This document shows, piece by piece, positions 14,994 through 30,865 of a DNA stretch of 64,000 bases. The notes under the pieces were generated by a model. That model searched no databases and had not been told where the DNA came from. It worked only from the letters and a program-made list of their open reading frames with translations. The number at the start of each line of letters is the position of its first letter. The stretch's first letter is position 1. A program made the position numbers and the translations under genes. The DNA comes from Trichosphaerium sp. ATCC 40318 (taxonomy: Eukaryota; Protista; Tubulinea), in contig JALMLS010000479.1 in the NCBI GenBank assembly GCA_038496445.1, positions 124,001 to 188,000 of the forward strand, read 5' to 3'.

Positions 14994-17900
14994 ATGACCA
15001 CAACAGATGGTTCAGTACAGTCTCGTTTGGCGCAAGAGCACTTTACTTTTGTCAAAACGTTGAAACAACACCCAAACGGGTTTACGATGCGAGAACTCCA
15101 AGAGAACCTCGGTATTAAAATAACAGAGCCGCTGCTTGAACTATTAAAAGCAAACACCCAATTGGAGTATGATGAAAATACAGGTCATATCAAATACAAG
15201 CACAAGTACCGCATTGGTTGTAGCGACGATATAATGCAAATTTTGAAGCGAGAAAGGATAATGCAAGTGGACGAAGAAACAACTACGGCGTACCCGCAAA
15301 TCAAATCTATCTTATACGTAAGTTTGGTTTTTGCTGTCTGGCTGTTACGATAATGACGACTTTTCAGCGACTTTTCACCACTTTCTCTGGGAAATTTTTG
15401 GATGGTTTTTCCAACCTTTTTTTTCTTTTCACGTGTTGCATGTTATAATTAACGTGTTGTAGAATCTTCGCAATGAGCTTAAAGTACTCAACGTCGAGCA
15501 CAGTGTCAATAAGAATTTGGTACGAGCGACAAAGCGGTAATTGCAGTAAACTAACTAAACCTGATTAGATGGTATACTTGAGACCCTCTTTGAATCACGT
15601 AAACCCACCTATTGACCTTGAGACTCTACCAAAGAAAATACAAAGGCTATGGAATAACGTAGCCAAGGTAGATTTCGTAGACCTGAAACAGATATTATTG
15701 TACGCCAAGCAACAATGTGTTTTGCGTTTTGAGGTAACATAGCAACTAGAGACAACGACCGTCCGCTTTCAAAACTGGACTGCAATGTGCAACCAGATAT
15801 GTTTCAGGATGGAAAACAGAGGCGAAAGAAAGAGAAGCGCGATCAATCTGATGCCGACGCTGACTTGCAAGCGCTTGCAGCTATTCTTCGGTAGGTTGTT
15901 TCTACTTTTTAAACTAAGCAATCTTCAGAGGGGGACTTCAAAGCCAAGGTGGTGAAGAGTATGTTTTTAAGTTCGATACAGCATTCGATTTCTTGCCATC
16001 TTCAAAGGAGGAATCTGGAAAAAAGCTAAAGCGGGCCATACTGCACAATGGCGAAGCGAATCCAACTGAATTTGAAAAAATAGTGGATCTGATTGCAATC
16101 GTTGCCACGTGGTTTTATAGTCACGATAGCTTTGTCTTAACCCTTTACAAGTTTGTAGAGAAGAAATTGTACGCATACAATATTGTCAAACACGTGACTG
16201 CGTTGTTGGTATCATGTATTGACAAGATCTAATGTTATCTAATAGATTCTTCGAAAAAGATTTATGCACTGAATTACAGCTGCCAGCAAAGCAAGTCAAC
16301 AAAGCTTTATCTATCCTCGGTGGCCATAAGCTGATAACGAGGTAATTTAATATATTGAACTATTATGCAAACTTAATCTGTAAATAGACACGTGGTAGAA
16401 CCCAAAAAGAGGTCTTCTAGCAAGTATGCTAGGATGACTAATGTATGGACAATTGACTTGGACAAATTTGTGGATGCTGTACATTATCGTGTCCTTACTA
16501 TGGAGAAAGACCTCGTAGATGAAATTGAAAAGATGAAAGACGAAGTGCTTGTTTGTAGGCCATGTAAAAAAACATACAAGACGCTGCAAGTTGAAAGTGT
16601 CAAAAACAGAGCAACTGGAAAGTACCATTGTGATGTGATTGGATGCGATATTGAGTTGACCAGAACTAACAATCGCGCCTTGCTTCAAGAAAAAGAGTCA
16701 TTGCTAAAGGAGCTAAGAAGGGTAATGCAACCCCTCAAGGATAGAATAGATGACTTACTAAACCTCGATAAAAGAGGTAAGTACTAGATAACTGTTTCGA
16801 AACAAAAACTGAAAACGCCTTTAGGTAGGAATCCTAACCATAGATGCAACTTTCGCAAATCTGTGTCAACCTCCACACGCCGAGAAACTCGCTCAAGAAG
16901 ACGACGTTTGATTAAAAAGCCACCTGTAAAGCCTACCGGATCAACAAATAATCCTGAAAGCAAGGAGGAGGTATTTGTGCTTTTTGCCTTGGTTTAGGGT
17001 TGACATTTGTTTAGCCGAAAGCTGACATCGTTGAGTACTTTCAATGCCACCCTTTGCAGTATAGAGCAGTACAACCATTAATGACAGAGATATTGTTGCC
17101 TATAGTAAAACAACCACATGTCCTAAAACGTGAACATGGATTTGTGTTGGCTAAAGAGTTGCTTGACAACATAGCTCAATTCAAAAAAATCATAGAAGCA
17201 CGCTTCTACTTATACGAAATAACACCATTGTCCCTCTTTCTTGCGTACTCAAGAGGTATCACGATAATACACTCCAGCTGCCAGCTTCGTGTTCTTATTT
17301 TTTCTAGGATACAATGCCAAGGAGATTGTCAGATTAATAACTGAGCTGGGACAAAATGTAATACCAGATGACTTGCATAGACTTATAAGGAATTATACTT
17401 CAAATGCATACTACAAGATTGTACTTGTGTTGAGGTACGACTATCTAGTTTCGTTGCTACATATGCTTATTGTTTTGATTCAATAGGAACAACAAGTACT
17501 TCGTACAAACACCAAACGAAGACTTGTGTGATGCAGTAAAGGGTATAAAAGAGCTGAATGACTACTGTGCAAATTCAGTTATTTGTAAATATTATGGACC
17601 TGGTAACTGTTTTGATAAAAACCTAGTGTTCTTACCTTTGTGTACTTAGACAAGAAGGTGTGTTTCGGTTTCGAAATCGAACCTGAGCAGGCAGAGAATG
17701 TCAAGCGTATCTGTTATAAACATGGGTTTCCTATAATCGAAGAATTTCAAGTGGGTAGCTATACAGAGGCATCATCTATAAGGTAGCAAAACTAATCACT
17801 TACAACAACTCTAAACTTAATAAATATTTAGGATCAATATTCGTCCTGAGATCAAGTTGCGAGATTACCAACTCCACAGCAGCCACAGTCTTTTTTGGAA

Positions 17901-19565
17901 TGGTTACAAGATGCACTCAGGCATACTTGTGTTACCCTGTGGCGCTGGAAAGACACTGGTTGGTATCAACGCTGTTGCTATGTGCAAGGTACTCATCGAT
18001 GTTTGACAAAGTTTCTTACATGTATTTGTGTTTAGCTGAATGCAATTGTATTCTGTCAGTCTGCTCTTGCAGTAACACAGTGGAAAGAACAATTTAAGAA
18101 GTTCACCGATGTGCAAGACAAACAAATATCTCGGTTCGTATCCCTTCATAGGAGAGAGTGGAACGCGAAGTACGGTCATTACAAAAGCCATAAAAGTAAT
18201 CCAGATTAGTGCCGACATCGTTGTGACAACATACAGCATGTTCTCTTCTGAAAAAGGAAGGAAGCAAGATTCTCTTAGCACCATGAGGCAGTGTAAAGAT
18301 AGGGTATGGGGTATCATGATATTAGATGAAGTGCATCTCGCAACAGCAACAGTTTTTAGGCATGTTTTTTTTAATGTCAATTTGTGTATTGACTTACACG
18401 TACACCTATAGAAAAGTTACCAATCAAATTAAGAGTCACGTGAAAGTCGGATTAACCGCAACAATGGTTCGTGAGGACAATCTGATCCCTGAATTACCAT
18501 ACCTTGTTGGTCCAACGCTCTATGAGCTCGATATCTTCACGCTTCAGTACGACTTACCAGTTGTTATTATACTACTAACACGAACCTCCTTAGAATGCGT
18601 GGTCACATCGCGCCCGTACGTTGCCATGAGATTCACGTGCCAATGGCACAGAAATTCAAAGAAAGACATCAAATGTACTATCTATCTCTTTGGTTTTTAC
18701 TTACACTACGCTATTGCTCACTAAATCTACCTAGCTCTGATTATATGGAAGAACGACGATTGTTGTACATGTGTAATCCAAACAAGACACGCATTCTGTA
18801 TGAGCTAGTAATGAAGCATGCTATGGCAGGAAGCAAAGTCATCATTTTCTGTGATTCCATCTTCAGTTTGACATGGTATTCTCATCTCCTCAGTACGCTA
18901 ACCTCGAAAACAAACTCTCCACACTTGCTTCATAGCACTAACAACCATCGAAATATAGACTGGGACATGGTCCATGGAGATACAGCCCTAGCAGATCGTG
19001 CACATGTGTTGTCCAAGTTTAGAAGAGAAGGTCACAATAGCATCAACCGTATCCTCCTCAGTTCAGTAGGAGATCAGTCTATCGATCTCCCAAGTGCCGA
19101 CGTTGTTATTCAGCTTGGTTGTGGAGATGGGTCACGCATGCAAGAAGGACAACGGATAGGACGTGTTCAAAGACCTTACAAAAACAAAACAGAAGCTCAC
19201 TTTTACTCCCTTGTATCATCGGATACAGAGGAAGTCAAATACGCTGCCAAGCGTCGAAGCTTCTTGGAAGATCATGGATATGTTGTTAACGTTCAAGCGA
19301 ATGGTTCTTCGTACTTTACAGCTCGCACCAAGCAATACGTTGAGCTCAGGCATCAAGAGACGCTGACTGACGCCATTCGAAAGGAGCTTACTAGACGAAG
19401 AAAAGAGAAGGATAAGGTACCAAACCTCGGATCACAAGTCAGACGATCAGTCGCTCACCATTTTCCTAGCCTAAATCCCGCAATAACTTTCATAATGTAC
19501 GTGCAAAACGTAAGCAGACCACGCCCAGACAAGGCATGTTAAAGAAACTGAAAATGAGAAAATAA
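14994..19565 (+). CDS. putative TFIIE-beta / TFIIE-alpha / XPB(ERCC3-like) triple fusion protein, ~1,170 aa, 20 exons
   Basis: TFIIE-beta-like tandem winged helices (LLELLKANTQLEYD..HIKYKHKYRI; IQRLWNNV; basic tail). TFIIE-alpha-like WH plus Zn ribbon (KDLCTELQLPAKQVNKAL; WTIDLDKFVDAVHYRV; CRPC..CDVIGC). XPB NTD and helicase motifs (LRDYQ, LPCGAGKT, DEVH, GLTATMVRED, NPNK, SRMQEGQRIGRVQR). Intron phases checked by hand across both domain junctions. Confidence 0.75.
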
Positions 19566-19746
19566 CAACCGAGAAGTAACATAAATCTTGGCTGATTAAC
19601 TTCAGACCAACACCTAGTAATACCACCTCGTGTCCTACAATAAACACTCATTTTTAAGCGCACAACATTATTTGACACCTCACAGCCTCATTTGGTTTTT
19701 TTTTCTCTACAAGCTTGAGAGCTAAGCGAAACGAACAAGTATAGTG

Positions 19747-21847
19747 ATGTCGGATGAACTCGGCAGTTTTACGTTGGTCAAAACACGTTCAGCTTACTTA
19801 ATTTACATTCAACTCTAAACGAAGCTGTAACAATGGGTACGTTGTTAGAGTATGGTTAATACTCATTATTACGTAGAATCGTCTACCCTAGAATGTTTTA
19901 TCACAGATTGCACTGGCGTTGCCATTGCTTGGTGTTATGATTGTCAATCAGGTAAAATACTGGTTTTAAAGAAATTGCGCATTTTTTTACGTTGTTGTAA
20001 CCCTTCGTTTCAATTAGCCCTTTGCGTTAAATGCGATACGTACGTGCATTCAGAATTTCCAGAGAAGGTCCACCATCTTAGAGCGGGACTAGGTACGCTT
20101 TCTAGTAAACCATTACTTTACAATTACTGCACGCTAAGCGTGTAGCGTGTCTTACGCATTCTTACACTTTACAAATAAACCAACTGCTAACGTTATATCC
20201 TGTAGATACTTCTGCAGATTTCTTGTCTGGCACAGAGAATGACCAACTATTACCTCAAGACAATGGTAAGCCACCAGAAAAAAAAAACAAACCGAAAAAA
20301 TAGACTGAGACCAAACTAAACTGATCCCTTTGTAACCCAATCACATAGGTAATGGTCAAGGCAATAGCGCTTGCTGTGGATGCGCCTCCAACAACGTCAC
20401 GGTTTCTCCAATGGTTACTGATGGCCTTTACGCTTGTAGATGGCCAAATTGTAAACGTACGCATACAATTAAACCTTGCTGTACCTTTTTGAGGTCGCTA
20501 AAAGCCGTGAGGCTTATCACTGAAACAAACTCGATTTTTTCAAATCAAGGCTTTTTAATCGCCCATTTGTCCGTTCTAACAGTTTACTTGCTAGCGTTTC
20601 GTTTCGCTAGTGCACAAGACTTGGCGTGTCATGTTTCCCTCCATATTGCTTTAACAGTACAACGCGTACGATCATTGGTTTTGTTTTATTATTGATGCTT
20701 ATTCTAACATGTTGGTTTTAGCGTGGAACGCTTTCAATAGATAAGATTTGTGTCTTTTGCGGTGTTTGGTTTGATTCCACTGACGCAACGAGCAACCACC
20801 TCTTGAACCATACCGCACACTTTGTGGCCATGTTTGGTAACCTAGTAAGGGTTTTTTACGCGAAAAACAAATTAGATTATCGTGGCACTAATGAACAATA
20901 GGTCCCTTCTGCTGATTCTACAGCAACTGTACCAAAGACACACGCTGGTAGCGTACGTTTGCTGGGTTTTTCCGTTTCCTTTTTTTAAATGCTTAGCAAC
21001 TGCCATAGTCAACTCAAAAGCGAGGTGTTAAACGAAAGCACGAAACTGAGCCAGATGACAGGTGCGTAGACGAATTAAAAAAAAAAAGATGTCACCTCGT
21101 CACCATCCACGTACAAATAGTCTAAATACTGAATCTAGGCCCTTCTCATGCGATACCACCGGATGCAAAAAAACATTCAAACGCAAAGGTCACTTGAAGC
21201 GACACAAACAAATTCACTTGCCTCAGAACAAGGTAAACAATTAAAAACAATCAGAAAAACCTTGCCTTAGGTCTTTGTTGTTATTCTTTCTCCATGCTAA
21301 ACATACACTTTAGCGCAATCGCTTCTTTTGTGGTGAGAGTGGGTGTAACAAGTCTTATTCAACAAAGTACGATCTTAACGCTCATATGAGACAGGTGCAT
21401 CAAGGACAAAATGTCTATAAATGTGACACCAAAGTACGTCGTATTCAAACAACTTTGAGTGATGTGTTGACTTTTAAAAAGGGATGTGGTCGACGATTTG
21501 TACAAGAGAAATCCCTTGAGAAGCACCTATCGGCTTGTGATAAGAAAAACGATCCAAATAGCATCGGACGGGACAACGGACAAAAACAGGGGCAGCATGG
21601 GCAGCAAGGACAGCACGGGCAGCATGGGCAGCAAGGGCAGCATGGGCAGCAACAGCAGCAACAGCATCAACAGCATCAACAACATCAACAACATCAACAT
21701 CAGCACCAAAATATTCTCCTCCCAACCCATGGAGATCACGGTGGCGCTGGTAACACTAGTGCACCAGTGTTGGAATCTACGGTGCCTCTTTTAGAGTCAC
21801 CAACAATCTCGTATGTTGCTAAGCAGCTGAGTTTACCCTCTCTCTAA
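19747..21847 (+). CDS. B-box plus C2H2 zinc-finger transcription factor with Q/H-rich tail
   Basis: CFITDCTGVAIAWCYDCQS|ALCVKCDTYVH (B-box); RPFSCDTTGCKKTFKRKGHLKRHKQIH, CGESGCNKSYSTKYDLNAHMRQVH and further C2H2 fingers; start approximate. Confidence 0.8.
21587..21709 (+). repeat. coding low-complexity repeat (GQH/GQQ then poly Q/H)
   Basis: gggcagcat/gggcagcaa 9-mers followed by caacagcat/caacat runs. Confidence 0.9.
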
Positions 21848-22086
21848 TCCATCCAGCCAATAAACCAATTAAAAATCCTAAATTAAAAACAACCCATTGT
21901 AATTTAAAAGAATAAATACGTAGCTGACTTGGTGCATACTGCTTCCGAATAAAAAATAAGGTGACATTCAAGCCCTTCCAAAAACAAACAAAAAAAAACC
22001 GGAAATTCAGTTTTGCCCTCTCGTCACGTGTTGAATATTTTGCGATTGTGATGATGATAATACAAAATATGTTTTCTTTTTTATTC

Positions 22087-23597
22087 CTACACTACTAGTT
22101 GGTTTGGGAAACACTTTTGCTTCCACGCTCGTATTTCTTGCTCAACCCTACTTAAAAACCACAAATGCTTTAAAGAATTGTGTAATTGTGCGTTTGGACG
22201 AGTGCGTAATACATTGTACTGGGTTACAAGTCAGTAATTTAATTTGGGATATAAAATAAAACCAAAAAAAGGATTTGGTGCACAACAGTTCGTTAGTCTA
22301 GTACGTACCATGTAAGCAGCCCTGTTTTCAAAAGTCTTAAACTCCTCTAAACTAACGTTGCCTACTTTAAAAGAATCGTTTGCCCATTGGACAACCAAAT
22401 CCAGGTCTCGTATAAGCGGTTGACACTCTTCCCACTACATAATTAAATTACAAAAGTGGGTAAATAAATACAGCCAATCGGACAGAATAAGAAAAAAAAT
22501 TAGAAGAAACTGCAGATTTCAAAAAAAAAAAAGAAACAACAAAATCGGAAGTGTACCTTATCCAAAATCAGTTTAGCGTTCTCTAACTCACGCTTTGTTA
22601 ATTGTTTGGGTTGTAACAATTGTGTTTGTTGCTCAGGAGGTTGTTGTTGTACAGGAGTCATTGGTGCTGTGGGGTATGAGATTAGCCACGTTTAAATAGA
22701 ATAAAAAATGAGTTGGCATACCATCATGCACTATCACTTTGATTGGAGGACCAGTGAGCTTTTGTTGGTCGTAATTTCCTGTTCGCATTGGTGTACTTTG
22801 CTGTGCGTACCCATTTTCTAACTTTACACGCTTGAATTGTGGCTCTGAGAAGTTTTGTCGTGCTAGCAATTCAGAAATAAGCCATAAAAAAAAAAAATAA
22901 AGCAAAATGAAACCGAAATTTATCAATCATTTCCTATCAAACACATACAAAAAATGCGTTGTGAGATAAAAATAAATTTTTTAGATTGGGATTGTTTAAA
23001 TCAAAAATTTTCTGTCCCCCATCAGCGCGTACGGTCCAGTGTTTCTGCGGACACGGGATCTATTGTGCCGCGCAAGTAATGCAGGAGGTTACTTTCTTCA
23101 TTAGTGAGCGTTGGTGGTGCTGTCGAATTAACGACAATTGGTTGAGACAACGGATCATCTAAATGTGTTTGATATACAGTGTTGTTGTCGTGGAGGTCGC
23201 TAAAGCCCAAAATTAAAAAAAAATGTGTGAAAATGCCGTGAAACGCGCAATTCGGCTGTGCGTTACGAAAAACACGTAAAATAGCCGCACACGCGCCGTT
23301 GAGCGCGTAAATGAGAATTGCAGCAAAACTTGCGATATTGCGAACCTTGTATTGTCGTTTGCGCCTTCTAAGCTCCCCATGAGGTCTAGATCCATAAAAT
23401 CGGAGCCAAAGCATTGATCCGAACCGAAAGAAGAAAAAAAGTCGTTTATGGATGCCCTTTTACATTGTAAGCGGATTATATGCGATAATAGCGTATAAGC
23501 GTGCCTGTTAAGACCAACTGAACTTTCCTCTAAAGACGTCCGCATGGTATGCAAGTCCATGTTGTCCAACATGTCCAAAGAGCTACACATCATGGTG
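22087..23597 (-). CDS. hypothetical multi-exon protein
   Basis: Exon pieces (SDLHDNNTVYQTHLDDPLSQP; ARQNFSEPQFKRVKLENG; EECQPLIRDLDLVVQWAND; ...KCFPNQLVV*) bounded by GT/AG; start uncertain. Confidence 0.5.
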
Positions 23598-24062
23598 TTG
23601 GATATAGTTCTGTCTGAATCGCTGAGAGAATAGAGTTTGACTTGGACATGCCGTATTAATTGCCTAAAACAAGCAATGGAGCTCGGAGCACACCTTTTGG
23701 TGAAAGGTGCAAACACTTTACGTACCTTTTAACGCCGCCTGTTGCAATTCTACCAAAAGTGATAAGTCTAAAACAAAAAAGAGGAAAAGAACACCCGTTT
23801 TGTTCTAGCGAAACAACAAGACGGCGAAAGTGAATACGAAGAAATTTTCCAATATTCTCCTCTCAAGAAAATCGGCACTAGAAGCCAAAAAAAAACTTGC
23901 CACAACGATTTTATCTCAACGTTGAGTTGTTTCAACACTTGTCTCAAACGACTACGCTATAAGTACGACAGTGGAGTGGACGTTGACTGCCAGGGCTGCA
24001 ATTTTTACTACAAGGAAATCAAAGATCAATGTGAATTCTCCCTAGCCTCGACCACACCCCAC

Positions 24063-26943
24063 ATGACAAACCCGGAACCCGCTGAAGACTTTGTAGCGGT
24101 ATTTTTATATGTATTAACAAATTCTAAAGTGTAATGTAGAAGCTCAGACTGATTTGCGATGAATTGAGAGCAAATAACAAGTTATGTACGAGATTGAGGC
24201 TTCCTGACAAGCGTTTGGGCGATACAGAGATTTTACTATTAGCAAGGTACCTATAGCTCTGTTTAGGTTAATAATTGTAATACCGCTCTTAAAATAGCGC
24301 CTCCACGTGGTGCAGACCGGTTTTTCGCAAACTACAACAAACGAGCCAAAAAAAAAAAACCGATTGTACATTTCTTATTTTCATCACGTGCAAGGCGGCG
24401 TATTAAAGCTGTTTCTCACGTGTTTTTGTTCACCAACTTTTTTTGTAACATTCTGCGTAGTGCTCTTCGCTTCAACAAGACATTACTCTTTCTAGACCTC
24501 AGCAATAATGTAATCGGTGATAATGGCGCAACACAGCTTGCAAACGGTACTACGAAGCTCCGGTTTAGAGCATTAGCGAATATACGCTTTACAATTATTA
24601 CATTTTTGTTGACTCCAACTTTTTAGCGCTGAGCACCAACACTACGCTTCGAAAACTGGATTTGAGCAATAACATGATTGGTAATCCAGGCGTTTACGCC
24701 CTATCTCGCTCGTTATCGAATAACACTACTATAACTACGGTTAATTTGAGTGGGAACGTCATCTTTGGACAACAGGTACGTGTTAGGTCGCGGTTTCAAC
24801 TAAACACCCTAAAATTAAAAAAAAATCAGCGTATTCTTCAAAACCGTTTTTTTACATTGCTTAACCATTTTAAAAAACAGGGACTAGCATCTTTGGAAGT
24901 GGTATCACGAGCAGTAAATGGTACGTTTGTATATGCAGTTGTACTAGCGCCAGCCGTGTGGGTAACTGTTTGATAGCCAACTTGTCACGGTATATGAAAC
25001 TGAGAAGAAGTCTTCCTACCTCTCTCAAAAAGAATATTGAAATGGTTGAGAGCAGGGATGGTAGACCAAGATTTGTTACTACAAATACAAAAAAATCATC
25101 AAAAAAAGGATTCCCCAAGATGCCAAAGCCTGGCAAGATGCCACGTGGTAAATTCCCTCCACCGCTTAAAAACCCAACACCTGAGCAAGTGAGAGCGCTA
25201 TTGGGAAAGTCTAGCGTAAAGAAGAATCCAAGCAGGCCGCCAAAGGCCATGTCCAAACCAGATGTAAAACCATATGTTAAAGCACCTCCAAAGAATCCTC
25301 AAAGGGCATGGAGAGCGTCAAGGCCATCTGAAAGGAACATGATGTCGCGAACACCAACAGGGACAACTGTAAGAAAGACGCATAGCAAAACAAACGGCGT
25401 TGATGCGCATCCAGCAAAGGTACACAACCACGAACACATTTTTGCGCCATTATTCGCTAACAAAGTGGGTCGTATCAATAAGGTTCATAAAAGAAAGCGA
25501 TCTCATTCTGCTGGTATCCCAAAATCAAGTAAGGAAGACAAAACACAGAAAAAACAAACAAAATCACGTGAAAAGAAAGCAAACAGTGCAGAGAGCGGTG
25601 AGCACAGTAAAGTGACTAAAAAGACACAATATAAAAAAGCAGTAATTGAAGACGGTTCGTTTTGATCTTTTTTTTGAAACAAACTGCCTTCAACTAATAA
25701 TCATTTTGTAGTCATAGGAGCATCCTCAGAATACGCAAAGTACTGGGAGGTGACAGAAGATGAGTTGGAGTATGAGACCAGAGATGTTAAAGGAAAATTG
25801 AAGCGTATAATATTGGGCACTGGTGGGTATGCATCTCTAGTTTTTGTTGTTCGCTGGTTCTCTCGCTAAAAGTGTGTAGCTTTGGTAAAGTTTACTTGGC
25901 CACATACAAGGGCACCTATGTTGCTGTAAAGCGCATAAGATTAGACTATGAGGAAGACGCCAAGAGAGAGAAATCAAAGCGCGAATTTATAAGGGAGATG
26001 GATATGTGCATGCGATTACACCATCCACACATTGTACACCTTACTCCGTTTATGCCTCCATATATGTAATTAACGTTTTAACCAAGGTATTGTTCATGGG
26101 TGGCAGCACTGACGTCGATAATTTGTTTTTCTTGTCAGAGTACGCACTCTACACCTAATATCAGCTTGCTAACTCGGTAGGTATATGTCCGTAGGCAATC
26201 TATGGCGGGTTATAGAAAAGCAAGAGCTGTTTGTAAGATGGGAAGAAAAGGGTACCTTTTGGTTATTTTGGATAAATTGGGTTATTTTGACCGTTTAACA
26301 ATAATAGGTAAATATATTATGCACGATATTGGTTCTGGCCTCTGTTATTTACACGAAAGCGAAATAATGCATAGAGATATCAAAAGCCCTAATATATTGA
26401 TTGGGCGAGGTGGTATTGCCAAGGCAAAACATTTTTTTTATTTTTTTTCAACAATTTACAAACGCTAATAATCACGTGATTTTCTAATCTAAAAATAGCT
26501 GGCTGACTTTGGACTCTCCAAAACAAAAGAGACTGCAACAACAGCAGATCCTTCGCTAAGTCTTCAATGGGCTGCACCGGAGCAATTTTCTCGAACAAAG
26601 AAAGTCACCGAAAAGGCTGACATTTACAGGCACACAAACTTTATTTTTACTCTGTGCGAAACGATTCCTCATACGTCCTCGTAGTTTTGGTGTTCTATTG
26701 TGGGAAGTGGTTGCGCATTCTCACCCATGGCCCGATCAGGACCCTCTAGACATAATGATGTCGATATCACAAGGACGCACAAATGTTGTGCCAAACCATT
26801 GGTCTGCCAATGTTAAAACACTCTTACGCGTTTGTTGGAATAAAGATCCTGCAAGGAGACCAGATGCAAAACAAATAATAAGAATTCTTCGCGCAATGAT
26901 AAAGCACCAAGAGTTGGAGAGCGAAGAAAACCAAGGCCAATAA
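24063..26943 (+). CDS. RNI-type LRR plus tyrosine-kinase-like (TKL) protein kinase
   Basis: LDLSNNVIGDNGATQLA LRRs, P/K-rich linker, kinase motifs GTG|SFGKVY, VAVK, HRDIKSPN, LADFG, WAAPE, ADIYSFG, CWNKDPARRP. Confidence 0.9.
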
Positions 26944-27234
26944 CAAATAATAATAATAAAGAAAATTTGAATGTGAAATCGCCAATGTAATGAAGTTCTA
27001 ACACGCAATTGACATATTTATTCATTGCACGCCTGACGTTGTGGTTTGTTTAAAATTACACTTCAAGTGACTTTACAGACAATTGTCAGTAAACCAACAA
27101 ACATGACCAAGCACAACACCATGCTCAGTGACATCCCGTCGAACCAAACTTTAATACCAAACTAAAACTATACCGCGAGCTCTGTGAGCAAACGCACTTT
27201 TATGACGTGTGATGGCACAACATTTACAAATAGT

Positions 27235-30478
<3,244 letters not shown>

Positions 30479-30865
30479 TTTGTGCTCTGTTGAGATGTGT
30501 AGGCTGTTATTCGAGCAAAAATACTCAATTTAGGCGCACTTAACGCTAAACGCGATTCTCTTAATACACAACTGTCTTTGCAATGTCACCCAACAGGCGT
30601 GGTGCTACCTATGCGACACAAAACAGGATTTTCTATGTAATGCTATTTGGTGAATACGATGTTGGTAACACAGTTCAAAGACTATTACACCATGACCACT
30701 GTTTTTGTGCAGTTTTTCATAAAACAGAGAACTGCGTTACTGGTTATTTTGAGCGCTCCATCAAGTTTTCTTGATTTCCAAAGTTTATTCACGTGCTGAT
30801 TTGACGTTGGTGCTTGGAGTTTTTTTTTATGTACATCGTGTTTGTATTTGTTGTTAGCGTGTGGT

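Noticed and set aside
21474-21794. Alternative-frame and antisense ORFs over the Q/H repeat
   Set aside because: Shadows of a stop-free coding repeat.
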